From positions 101,086-165,085 of IMG/VR virus record IMGVR_UViG_3300031718_000001: DNA of 64,000 nt; one strand, 5' to 3'. Below, in pieces: positions 55,232 through 64,000 of this stretch. The translations under genes and the position numbers were made by a program. The stretch is from a virus. Each line of letters starts with the position of its first letter. Position 1 is the first letter of the stretch. The notes below the pieces were generated by a model. It made no database searches and was not told the origin of the DNA. It was given only the letters and a program-made list of their open reading frames with translations.

Positions 55232-55507
55232 ATGCCACGCCCGTCACAGGACGAGATCGATCCCTACTCGCCCGGCCGCGCCTGTCCGCAGTGCTCGGCC
55301 GAGGGCGCGCAGCCGCACTACCATGAGCGCCCGGTCCTCATCGTGTTCGGCCGGACCCCGGACTGGCCGTGCTCGGGGAAAGACGGGACGCTGGGCGTGC
55401 ACATGTGCATCAGGTGCGGATCGTGCGGCTACGCGTGGACTGAATCAGCCCAGCCCGGAATGGATCCGGAACTGCCGCAGGCGGCTGCCCCGCAGATAGG
55501 CTCTTAA
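55232..55507 (+). CDS. Small zinc-finger protein
   Basis: CPQC...CIRCGSCGYAW. Confidence 0.6.
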   Translation: MPRPSQDEIDPYSPGRACPQCSAEGAQPHYHERPVLIVFGRTPDWPCSGKDGTLGVHMCIRCGSCGYAWTESAQPGMDPELPQAAAPQIGS

Positions 55508-55540
55508 CGAGGAACCCTGCTAACCAGGAGGTATTCGGCA

Positions 55541-55702
55541 ATGACCATCCGCAAGACCGCCGCGTCCGGCGTGGTGACCGGAGTGGAGCAGCAGGGCATG
55601 GCGCACGAGGCATCCGCCGGCGGCCAGGACGGCGAGTGGACCGACGCCGATGCCCGGGAGCTGGCGGCCGAGAACACGGCGGCCGACGGGGCCGATGACT
55701 GA
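55541..55702 (+). CDS. Small acidic hypothetical protein (53 aa)
   Basis: RBS AGGAGG; MTIRKTAAS...ADD; overlaps the next start. Confidence 0.55.
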   Translation: MTIRKTAASGVVTGVEQQGMAHEASAGGQDGEWTDADARELAAENTAADGADD

Positions 55703-56804
55703 GCCGTTCCACTACCGCAATGCCGATGGCAGCCTCCGCCTGGACGAGATGCTCGGCGAGCGCTGCGTCCGGCACTACACCAGGATCCTGAGCAGCTCGA
55801 ACGATCAGTTCGCGGCCATGCAGCTCGCCATGGCGCCCGTGGAGGCCGGGGACGTACCGGACGCCTGGACACCCTGGCAGGAGCCTCTTCAGGGCGTCCG
55901 GACCCCCGAGGGCTGGGTGGTGGCGCCCCGCGGTGCCGCCGAGCGCGAGGCCTCCTCGTGCCAGGAGCTGGCGCCGCTGCCCGCATTCGTCTGGGACGTG
56001 TGCGGCTACTACCGGCGCCTGGGCGTGCACTGGAAGGCCACCAGGACGCAGATCCGGCTGGCCTACCTGGCCAAGGACCCGATGAGCAGGAGCGAGCCGC
56101 TGCACTACGCCATGACCCAGCTCCTCGACCCGCTGATCCGCCGGGCCTACGACCTGATGCCGCTGGGCGGCCTGTTCATGGGCGACCGCGAGGTGCGCGA
56201 GCTGATCGAGCGCCAGGCGGCGATGGCCGCCTCCGCCCGCAACGCGGAGGCGTTCTTCGACGATGAGCAGGTCAGCCAGGATGACGTGCTGAAGGAGTGG
56301 GGCTTCGAGAAGGGCCTGTCGGAGGAGGAGGCGCGCGAGCGGCTGGACGGCGGGTTCCGCTACGGCCGCGGCTCTGACGAGCTGGGCAGCTCGCTGCCGG
56401 ACTGGGAGACCTCCTGGGGCTGGTACTGGATGTCCGACCCGGACGACTGCTGGACTGACGAGCCGTTCGAGGACATCGCCCTGCTGGAGACGTGGCAGGC
56501 CATGGTGGCGTCCGCGCTGACGGCCGCCGGGGTCCGCACCAGGTTCGCGGTGGGAATCTGGCAGGGAAATGGTGCCAGGAGTTGGCGCGATGGCAATAAA
56601 GGCTGTATCTTCTTCATTGGAAGGGGACGGTGTACGCAAAGAGAGGCAACTGAGGCCGTGAGGGCGTACATCGTCAAAGAGAACACCAGGGCAACCAGGG
56701 AAAGCAGGGACTTATGCCGATCCTCGACAAGGGCGCAGAAGAGGCCGAGCGGATCTCCGACGAGAACAAGCGCGGCGGCGGTATCCGGATCAAGCAGCTC
56801 GTGA
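55695..56804 (+). CDS. J-domain (DnaJ-like) protein lacking HPD
   Basis: YYRRLGV...AT...IRLAY...LLDP..RRAYD J-domain frame. Confidence 0.65.
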   Translation: MTEPFHYRNADGSLRLDEMLGERCVRHYTRILSSSNDQFAAMQLAMAPVEAGDVPDAWTPWQEPLQGVRTPEGWVVAPRGAAEREASSCQELAPLPAFVWDVCGYYRRLGVHWKATRTQIRLAYLAKDPMSRSEPLHYAMTQLLDPLIRRAYDLMPLGGLFMGDREVRELIERQAAMAASARNAEAFFDDEQVSQDDVLKEWGFEKGLSEEEARERLDGGFRYGRGSDELGSSLPDWETSWGWYWMSDPDDCWTDEPFEDIALLETWQAMVASALTAAGVRTRFAVGIWQGNGARSWRDGNKGCIFFIGRGRCTQREATEAVRAYIVKENTRATRESRDLCRSSTRAQKRPSGSPTRTSAAAVSGSSSS

Positions 56805-57679
56805 TCAAGGACGGGGAGTCGTACGCCGTCCACTTCGTGACCGAGCAGACCAAGCTGGTGCCGCTGCCGGTGCACCAGTTCATCCCCACCAAGGAGAAGC
56901 CGGCCGCGTGGCCGGGAGACAAGTACCCCGAGACCATGTGGGCCATCTGCCAGAACGGCAAGGCGTTCCGGCTGCGGGACGAGGCCGGCAACCCGACCGA
57001 CGCATTCGAGGAGGGCTACGGCAACTGCTATATCCACACCGCGTTTGCCGGCGTCAAGGACCCGAAGTACGGCACCGACCGGGCCAAGCCGGCGGACCAG
57101 GTGTTCGGCCTGGCGGTCCTCCGCGAGCCGACCTTCGACTCGGCCACCAACGAGGTCACCGGCTTCCGCGACAAGACCATCGAGTTCAAGGCCGAGGACG
57201 GCACGATCACCGTGCTCCCCGAGATGGTCATCGTCAACCAGAAGTACTCCAACTTCTGGCACCCGGTGAAGGCGACCGCCTACACCGCGCCGCACACCAT
57301 CCTGGACAAGGACTTCCTGATCAGCCGCAAGGGCAAGGAGTACACCGTAGGCGTCGCCTGCCACACTCCGGACCTCCGGCCGGGCACTCCGGCGTGGAAG
57401 AAGTACGAGGAGGCCCTGGTCCTGATGGACTTCGACCTCGACGGGTACCTGCTGGACCACGCGACGCCGGACCACTACGCCCGGTTCTTCATCCCCGGTG
57501 TCGATCCGGCTGGCGGCTACGGCCGGCGCAATGATGACACCGCGGAAGAGGGCGCGGCCGGCGAGGCCCCGGCGGCGCCTGCCGCTGCTGCGACCGCCGG
57601 GCCGGTGGTTGACCAGGCGGTACTGGCCGGCTTCCGTGACAGCCTGAAGGGCCGGGGCCAGCCGGCCAAGGCCTCCTGA
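56714..57679 (+). CDS. Putative single-stranded DNA-binding protein
   Basis: Directly upstream of dnaE; beta-rich core with acidic/Ala-rich tail. Function is inferred from context. Confidence 0.5.
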   Translation: MPILDKGAEEAERISDENKRGGGIRIKQLVIKDGESYAVHFVTEQTKLVPLPVHQFIPTKEKPAAWPGDKYPETMWAICQNGKAFRLRDEAGNPTDAFEEGYGNCYIHTAFAGVKDPKYGTDRAKPADQVFGLAVLREPTFDSATNEVTGFRDKTIEFKAEDGTITVLPEMVIVNQKYSNFWHPVKATAYTAPHTILDKDFLISRKGKEYTVGVACHTPDLRPGTPAWKKYEEALVLMDFDLDGYLLDHATPDHYARFFIPGVDPAGGYGRRNDDTAEEGAAGEAPAAPAAAATAGPVVDQAVLAGFRDSLKGRGQPAKAS

Positions 57680-57694
57680 CCCGTCACCCCCGAC

Positions 57695-57731
57695 GAGGGC
57701 CGCGTCGCATCCCACCCGCGGCGCGGCCCTC
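57695..57731 (+). terminator. Hairpin
   Basis: GAGGGCCGCGTCGC / GCGGCGCGGCCCTC stem. Confidence 0.5.
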
Positions 57732-57766
57732 CTGCTTTCCGTGACGATCCTCGACGGAGACGGCTG

Positions 57767-60700
57767 ATGGCTCTCGTAGACCTGCACACCCACACCGAGT
57801 ACAGCCCGCTGGACGGGCTCTCGACGTGCGCCGAGGCGATCGGCCGCGCCGCCGAGAACGGCAGCCCCGCCCTGGCGATCACCGACCACGGCACCTGTGC
57901 CGGGCACATCCAGTTCCAGCAGGAAGCCGGCAAGGCCGGGATCAAGCCGATCTTCGGCATCGAGACCTACTTCCAGCCGGATCGCCTGATCCGGCCGCCG
58001 GACACCGGCTCCCAGCGGTCGCGCCTGGATGCCCTGACCAAGGGCAAGGACACGCTGGTAACGCCGGAGATCCAGGCGCTGGAGCGCGAGGTCCAGGCAG
58101 CCAAGGATGCCCAGAAAACCCTGGCCCGGGGCCGTCACCTGATCCTGCTGGCCCAGGGCGATAAGGGCCTGCACGACCTGTGGGCGGCATCGACGGAGGC
58201 CTTTGCCACCGGCTTCTATCACAAGCCCAGGATGGACTGGAACCTGCTCGAAGAGCGCGGCAGCGACCTGATCGCCACCACCTCGTGCCTGGGCGGGATG
58301 CTCTCCCAGGACCTGCTGGCCGGCCGCTTCGACGAGGCCTGGGCCACTCTCGACCGGCTGCGGGCCACCTTCGGCGACCGGCTGTACCTGGAGATCCAGG
58401 CCAATGAGCTGCCGTTGCAGATGCAGCTCAACGAGATGCTGGCGCTGATGTCCGAGCAGACCGGCGTGCCGCTGATCGCCGCCTGCGACGCGCACTACCC
58501 GGCCGAGGAGGACAATGCGCTGCACAAGCTGTGGATGCTGTGCCAGTCCGGCAGCGGCAAGGACGATTACTGGCACTTCAGCGCCATGCTCTCCGAGCAG
58601 CGCGTCCGCGAGATGCTGGCCTATCTCGACCCGAAGACGGTCGATGCGGCGATCCGGAACACCACCGAGGTCGCCAGCCGGTGTACAGCCAAGATCGAGG
58701 GCTACGCCGACCCGCCTGTCTTCACCCCCGGCGGCACGGCTGACGATGATGCCCGGCGGCTGCGCGAGCTGTGCGAGGCCAACTGGGGCAGGATCAAGAA
58801 CCCCGGCCAGGACTACCGGGACCGGATGGAGTTCGAGTTCGCGACGGTCGCCTCCAAGGGCCTGGCCGGCTGTTACCTGATCGTCGAGGACATCGTGCGG
58901 TGGGTGCGCGACCAGGGCTGGCTGGTCGGCCCCGGCCGTGGCTCGGCCGCGGGCTCGCTGATGTCCTACCTGTGCGACATCACCTCCATTGACCCGCTCC
59001 AGGCGGGCCTGATGTTCGAGCGCTTCCTGACCCCCGGCCGGGTGTCGCTGCCCGACTTCGACCTGGACTTCGCCAGCAGCAAGCGCACCGCGATCCAGGA
59101 CTACGCGATCCGCACGTACGGCGCCGACCACGTGGTCCGCGTCGGCACGGTCATGCGCTACGGCGCCAAGGGCATCCTGAACAAGCTGTTCAGCGTCCTG
59201 GCCGACAAGCTGCCCGAGGCGGCCGTGGCCGATTCCAAGCAGATCGCCGGGCTGATCGACGAGGCCGAGATCGGCACGGCCGGCCTGGGCCTGCCGTGGG
59301 ATGAGATCGTCAGCGACCAGGCCATTGCCGAGTTCGTGAAGAAGTACGAGGTGATCTTCCAGATTGCCCAGGCGCTGCACGGCCGCCTGTACGCCCTCGG
59401 CCAGCACCCGGCCGGCCTGATCATCTCTCCCGGGCGACCGCTGGCCGGCACCATGCCGATGCGGACGACGGACACCTCCAAGAACAAGGGCCTGCTGGTC
59501 AGCCAGTGGGACTACCGCGCTGCCGACGAGTTCGGCTACCTGAAGCTTGACTTCCTGACGCTGCGGAACCTGGACTCCGCCCAGGTCTGCATCGACCTGA
59601 TCGAGCAGCGGACGGGGGAGCGGCTCGACCCGCGGAACTGGGATATAGAGCACGAGGACCCGCAGGTCTTCGCCGACATCTCCACGGGGGACACGCTGGG
59701 CATCTTCCAGCTAGAGACCTCGCTCTGCAAGGACTACTGCCGCCGTCACCAGCCGCGCACCATCGGGCACCTGGCCGACCTCACCACCTACATCCGGCCC
59801 GGCCCGCGGAACTCCGGCGCCACCGAGCAGTACCTCCGGCGCCGCGCCGGGCTGGAGGAGGACACCCCGCTGCACCCGCTGCTGGCGGAGCACCTGAGCC
59901 GCTCCTACGGGGTCATGCTCTACCAGGAGGACATCCTGTTCGCTGTCCGGGTGCTGGCCGGCTACGACGACCTCGAAGCCGACGGCGTGCGGAAGATCCT
60001 GGGCAAGAAGCTCACGGCCAAGATCGCCGCGGCCGGAGACGAGTTCGTGCGCCGCTGCACCGAACGCGGCCACGACGAGGCCGAGATGCGCGCGATCTGG
60101 GAGAAGATCGCCGAGTTCGGCAAGTACGCGTTCAACCGGGCGCACGCCTACAGCTACGCCACCCTGAGCTACTGGACGGCGTGGCTGCGCACCCACTACC
60201 CGGTCGAGATGACGGCCGCCATCCTATCCACCGTCGATATGGACCGGATGGCCGACTTCAGCACCGAGGCCCGCAGGAAGGGAATCGCGGTGCTGCCGCC
60301 GGATGTCCGCTTCTCCGGCGCTGACTTCGCCATCGGGCCGCTCTCGATCCGGTACGGGCTGTCGGCTATCCCGAAGGTCGGCCCGCAGGCTATCGCCAGG
60401 ATCACCGCGCACCAGCCCTACGCCTCGTACGAGGACTTCGTGCAGCGCTCGGGGGTGAACGCCGGGGTGCTCTACGCCCTGGCGCGAGCGGGCGCCCTGG
60501 ACGCCCTGGTGGCATCCCGCCGGGGGCTGGTCCGGCTGATCGAGGCCGACCGGGACGGGTCCTCGGTGCGCTGCATCCACACGGAGACGGATCCGCTGGC
60601 GGCCGGCCCGAACGGGCTGCCGTGCTCCTACGACTGGGAGAACGAGCCGCAGCCGCCAGCACGGATCGGCGCCCGGGGCAAGCCGCTGAAGCTGATCGTG

Positions 60701-61210
60701 AAGCCGCCGCCCGCGCAGTGCCGCCGGTCGTGCCGCCGGTACACGCCGCCGGCCTCGATGGACCCGGCCGCCTACAGCGAGTACCGGCCGGACGAGCTGT
60801 TCCGCCAGGACTTCGAGGCCTACGGCTGCTGGATGAGCGACGCTCCGTTCGAGCAGCTCAACCAGCTCGCGCCGGGGATGCGCGACCAGGCCCGCCACAT
60901 CGCCCTGATGCTGCACGGCGCCCCGGAGGGCTCCTACCCGATGGCCGCCATCTACGCGGGCGCCCACGCGGCCCGGACCAAGGCCGGGAACATCATGTGG
61001 TGGGTGAACCTGATCACCGAGGTGTCCACGCTCGACCTGGCCTGCTTCTCGCCGCGCCGGGATGACGAGATCGACGTGCCCTCGCTGCTGCGCCAGCTCC
61101 GGGTGGGCACCCTGGTGAACGCCGAGGTGGTCAAGCGCAGCTACACCGTTCCCGGCCGCGGCACCCGGATGGGCTGGCGGCTGACTGATATCTGGGTGAC
61201 GGGGAGCTGA
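57767..61210 (+). CDS. dnaE: DNA polymerase III alpha subunit
   Basis: PHP LHTHTEYSPLDG / TDHG, GRGSAAGS, PDFDLDF, KLDFL, GIFQLE, YAFNRAHA. Confidence 0.95.
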   Translation: MALVDLHTHTEYSPLDGLSTCAEAIGRAAENGSPALAITDHGTCAGHIQFQQEAGKAGIKPIFGIETYFQPDRLIRPPDTGSQRSRLDALTKGKDTLVTPEIQALEREVQAAKDAQKTLARGRHLILLAQGDKGLHDLWAASTEAFATGFYHKPRMDWNLLEERGSDLIATTSCLGGMLSQDLLAGRFDEAWATLDRLRATFGDRLYLEIQANELPLQMQLNEMLALMSEQTGVPLIAACDAHYPAEEDNALHKLWMLCQSGSGKDDYWHFSAMLSEQRVREMLAYLDPKTVDAAIRNTTEVASRCTAKIEGYADPPVFTPGGTADDDARRLRELCEANWGRIKNPGQDYRDRMEFEFATVASKGLAGCYLIVEDIVRWVRDQGWLVGPGRGSAAGSLMSYLCDITSIDPLQAGLMFERFLTPGRVSLPDFDLDFASSKRTAIQDYAIRTYGADHVVRVGTVMRYGAKGILNKLFSVLADKLPEAAVADSKQIAGLIDEAEIGTAGLGLPWDEIVSDQAIAEFVKKYEVIFQIAQALHGRLYALGQHPAGLIISPGRPLAGTMPMRTTDTSKNKGLLVSQWDYRAADEFGYLKLDFLTLRNLDSAQVCIDLIEQRTGERLDPRNWDIEHEDPQVFADISTGDTLGIFQLETSLCKDYCRRHQPRTIGHLADLTTYIRPGPRNSGATEQYLRRRAGLEEDTPLHPLLAEHLSRSYGVMLYQEDILFAVRVLAGYDDLEADGVRKILGKKLTAKIAAAGDEFVRRCTERGHDEAEMRAIWEKIAEFGKYAFNRAHAYSYATLSYWTAWLRTHYPVEMTAAILSTVDMDRMADFSTEARRKGIAVLPPDVRFSGADFAIGPLSIRYGLSAIPKVGPQAIARITAHQPYASYEDFVQRSGVNAGVLYALARAGALDALVASRRGLVRLIEADRDGSSVRCIHTETDPLAAGPNGLPCSYDWENEPQPPARIGARGKPLKLIVKPPPAQCRRSCRRYTPPASMDPAAYSEYRPDELFRQDFEAYGCWMSDAPFEQLNQLAPGMRDQARHIALMLHGAPEGSYPMAAIYAGAHAARTKAGNIMWWVNLITEVSTLDLACFSPRRDDEIDVPSLLRQLRVGTLVNAEVVKRSYTVPGRGTRMGWRLTDIWVTGS

Positions 61211-61212
61211 CG

Positions 61213-61461
61213 GTGACCGCGGCGGAAGAGTGGTGCGAGTTCGGGGGCCTGCCGGCCAGTTCATGCGCGCACTGCCGGGCGGGGACAAAAACTCTCCCAG
61301 CGGATACAATGTTTCAAGCTAATGAAAACGTCTCGATGGGTCCTTGGATAACGGCTAAATGGCCCGGGAAGTGCACGTCCTGCGGATGTGCCATCGTCCC
61401 GGGAAGGCAGATCCGGGCAGACGGCATCGGAGGGTGGGTATGCGAGGAATGCGGCACGTAA
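61213..61461 (+). CDS. Small zinc-binding protein
   Basis: C...CAHC and CTSC...CEEC. Confidence 0.55.
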   Translation: MTAAEEWCEFGGLPASSCAHCRAGTKTLPADTMFQANENVSMGPWITAKWPGKCTSCGCAIVPGRQIRADGIGGWVCEECGT

Positions 61462-61733
61462 CCGGGTTCGCCCGGTACTGGAACCGGCCGCTCGACCAGA
61501 AGACGCGCCGGAGCCTCTGGTACCAGATCGCCGTGATGGCGCTCCTGGGCCTGCTGCTCGGGGTCTTCGGAGCCTATTTCGGGCTCTGGTACTTCATGAT
61601 CTCGATCGCGAGCTGGACGGGCGGCTCAGTGCGCGGGTACCGCAGGTCCCTGGCGGGTGACGAGCCCCCGGCCGGCGACCGCTTCAAGGTCTACGACCGG
61701 AACGACATATGGGGAGGAAGGTGGCCGTTTTGA
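61449..61733 (+). CDS. Small membrane protein
   Basis: Hydrophobic IAVMALLGLLLGVFGAYFGLWYFMISI; TTGA overlap with recA. Confidence 0.55.
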   Translation: MRHVTGFARYWNRPLDQKTRRSLWYQIAVMALLGLLLGVFGAYFGLWYFMISIASWTGGSVRGYRRSLAGDEPPAGDRFKVYDRNDIWGGRWPF

Positions 61734-62794
61734 GCGGGTCACGGGCACTCGCCGCGCATGCGGCGGCAATGAGGAGCAAGTACGGGGAGCAGCGGATCTC
61801 CAACGGGCTGCCCCCGGTGATCGTGCCGACCGGCTCGGCGGCCACCGACTGGGCGCTCCGGGTCGGCGGATGGCAGCTCGGGCGCGTCTACGAGATCTAC
61901 GGGCCGAAGGACTCCGGCAAGTCGTCCCTGGCCATCGCGAGCATGGTCCAGCACCTGGAGATGTTCCCTGACCGGGGCGTCTGCTACATCAACATGGAGA
62001 ACACGTTCGACCCGGATCGGGCCGCGGAAATGGGCCTGGACTGCTCGGGCGAGGCCATTTCCGCAGGCCGCTGGTGCCCGATGCTGCCTGAGCACAGCGA
62101 GCACGTCTCGGACATGGCCCGGGACATGGTGACCTCCGGCGTGATCTCGTGCGTGGTCGTGGACTCGATCGGCGCGATGGAGTCGGACAAGGTGCTCGGC
62201 AAGGAAGCCGCGAAGGCAGCCGATGCGGTCGGCAGGAACGCCAAGATCATCACCCAGATGAACAAGGCGCTGGCCACCTTCGCCCGGCTCAACAACTGCA
62301 CGGTGCTGCTGATCAACCAGCCCCGTGCTGCCATCGGGTCGATGATGTCGGGGGATGTGTCGGCCGGCCCGAAGCACATGCAGCACGCCACGACCGCGAA
62401 GATCGACATGTACGGCCTCGGCGGCGACGAGAACGTCCGGAAGCTGAAGCTGCCCGGTGAGCAGGACGCCCTGGTAGTCAGCGCCAAGACGCGCATCCGG
62501 GTCTCCCGGATGAAGAACGGCCTGCCCGGCCGCGTGGTCGAGTCCTACGTCAACCGGGTCACCACCGCTGAGTACGGGCCGGCCGGCATCGATATCGCCG
62601 ACGAGTACATCACCCTGGCCGTCAGGGCGAATCTCGTCAAGCAGGGCGGCGCCTGGTACACGATGCCTGACGGTCACCGGGTGAACGGGCGCATCGCCTT
62701 CGCCCGCTATATCCGCGAGAACCCGGACGCCCGCAAGGTGCTCCGCGAGGCGCTCACATTCGAGGCTCCTGCCGACCCTCTGGAGGATGACTGA
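61730..62794 (+). CDS. recA: RecA-like recombinase
   Basis: PTGS...GG...GRVYEIYGPKDSGKS, VVVDSI, LINQ.R. The start is TTG 61730 or ATG 61709. Confidence 0.9.
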   Translation: MSGSRALAAHAAAMRSKYGEQRISNGLPPVIVPTGSAATDWALRVGGWQLGRVYEIYGPKDSGKSSLAIASMVQHLEMFPDRGVCYINMENTFDPDRAAEMGLDCSGEAISAGRWCPMLPEHSEHVSDMARDMVTSGVISCVVVDSIGAMESDKVLGKEAAKAADAVGRNAKIITQMNKALATFARLNNCTVLLINQPRAAIGSMMSGDVSAGPKHMQHATTAKIDMYGLGGDENVRKLKLPGEQDALVVSAKTRIRVSRMKNGLPGRVVESYVNRVTTAEYGPAGIDIADEYITLAVRANLVKQGGAWYTMPDGHRVNGRIAFARYIRENPDARKVLREALTFEAPADPLEDD

Positions 62795-63747
62795 TGCCCG
62801 CTAACCCCACAACGCAGCGAATGGGCGAGCTGCACGAGATCCGCCTGGCCGAGATCAATCACGGAACCAAGACCCGTTCGAGCGGCAACCAGTGGCACGA
62901 CCAGGGCGACGGCCGCGACAACCACGACCGGCCGTTCGCCTTCTGCTGGGACGGCAAGAGCACCCGCGGCAAGCAGATCGCCGTCACCCTCGACATGATC
63001 GCCAAGATCCGCGAGCAGGCCCAGGGTGAGCGTCCGCAGATCGGCCTCCGCTGGTACGGCAACGACGCCCTGGACATCGTGCTCGAAGACTGGATCGCCG
63101 TCGCGGCCGTGGATTTCGAGGAGATGAAGCTGGCCGCTATCGAGTCTGTCCTGGCCGGGACCGAGACCGGCGACCTGAGAGACCAGGCGGCCATGATGGA
63201 CTCGCTCCAGGACACCCTGGGGAAGGCCGAGGAGGACCTGATCGGCGTCCGCAGCGAGCTGGGCGAGATCAGGGATCACCGGGACCACCTGCGCGAGGAG
63301 AACGAGCGGCTGCGCGCCCAGCTCGCCGCCGAGTCTGAGTCGGCCCTCGCGTACCGGCACGACCTGGAGCAGGCCCGCCACGGCTACGCGGGTGCCATGA
63401 CCATGCTGGAGGAGGCCAGGAGCGCCGCTGCGGCCACGTCAGCACCCGGTGCAGGCGACGGCACCCCGGGCCTGTTCGTCCCGCCATACGTCCCCGTGCT
63501 GCCGTGGACCGTGATCTACCAGATGGAGCTGCCCGGCCGCCGGGAGAGCGCGGGCATGCACTACGACGCCTCCGGCCGGGTCACGCACTTCGAGGTGCAG
63601 ACGGTGCGCATCGAGCGGTCGCTCGGCTCGGGCAACCGGCCGAGGCTGATCGTCAACGACAAGCGGGTGGCCGACGGGGACTGGTACCTCGACGGCAAGC
63701 TGAACACCCGCGCCTGGGACGCCCGGCCCGATGCCGAGGTCGGCTGA
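62794..63747 (+). CDS. PD-(D/E)xK Holliday-junction-resolvase-like domain plus coiled coil
   Basis: G..HE...SG....GD...DGKST N-terminal nuclease pattern; follows recA. Confidence 0.55.
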   Translation: MPANPTTQRMGELHEIRLAEINHGTKTRSSGNQWHDQGDGRDNHDRPFAFCWDGKSTRGKQIAVTLDMIAKIREQAQGERPQIGLRWYGNDALDIVLEDWIAVAAVDFEEMKLAAIESVLAGTETGDLRDQAAMMDSLQDTLGKAEEDLIGVRSELGEIRDHRDHLREENERLRAQLAAESESALAYRHDLEQARHGYAGAMTMLEEARSAAAATSAPGAGDGTPGLFVPPYVPVLPWTVIYQMELPGRRESAGMHYDASGRVTHFEVQTVRIERSLGSGNRPRLIVNDKRVADGDWYLDGKLNTRAWDARPDAEVG

Positions 63748-63748
63748 T

Positions 63749-64000
63749 ATGCCCACCCTGGAGAAGCTGGGCGAGATGGCGGCCGAGGGCTGCCTGGTCA
63801 AGCCGCTGTTCTACCAGTTCATCATGGACACCAGCCGGGAGGTGAGCCTCAACCTGATGGTGGACCGGCCGCTGCCCCGGCGGCCGGACGGCTGGTTCCA
63901 CGCCTCCCAGCACCCGATGGCGACAACCAAAGAGCTGTACCAGTGGATCGCCGGGCGCCAGCTCCCCGAGGAGATGGGATACGTCAGCCTCATGTCGGTG
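63749..64000 (+). CDS. Partial CDS, possibly a RecB/Cas4-like exonuclease N-terminus
   Basis: Open to the window end (MPTLEKLG...WFHASQHP...). Function is guessed from context. Confidence 0.45.
   Translation, partial: MPTLEKLGEMAAEGCLVKPLFYQFIMDTSREVSLNLMVDRPLPRRPDGWFHASQHPMATTKELYQWIAGRQLPEEMGYVSLMSV

Noticed and set aside
57767-62794. Inteins or introns in dnaE and recA
   Set aside because: Lengths are normal and no intein splice motifs or LAGLIDADG blocks were seen.

Overview
High-GC actinobacteriophage genome segment with a contractile tail. Its gene order resembles the large mycobacteriophage cluster C / Rhodococcus E3-type myoviruses (recalled resemblance, no search run). 1-33.5 kb is the virion module: neck proteins, sheath, tube, frameshifted tail assembly chaperone, tape measure, baseplate hub with NlpC/P60, spike, gp25-like wedge, baseplate J, a large baseplate protein and a YadA-repeat fibre. 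It is interrupted by morons: an HNH-AP2 homing endonuclease, Lsr2, a SLOG/wHTH cluster, an HTH gene and a 6C-like sRNA. 33.5-40.5 kb holds DinG and SNF2 helicases, a GH25 endolysin cassette and a DivIVA-domain protein. 40.5-47 kb carries a Streptomyces-plasmid-type conjugation module (TraB FtsK/SpoIIIE translocase, repeat-rich intergenic region, Spd-like membrane protein, Arg-rich protein with a nested TraA-like domain) followed by ArdC. One of this module's promoters carries the phage's own repeated promoter box. This is the most unusual feature and suggests a virion-forming phage that may also spread by hyphal conjugation. 47-64 kb holds early genes and replication/recombination genes: 5'-3' exonuclease, primase-helicase with an ori-like repeat, J-domain protein, SSB-like protein, DnaE, RecA and a resolvase-like protein. 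Two distinct repeated cis motifs mark early versus late transcription units. No tRNA, CRISPR array or integrase was seen. All family calls come from motif recognition by eye.
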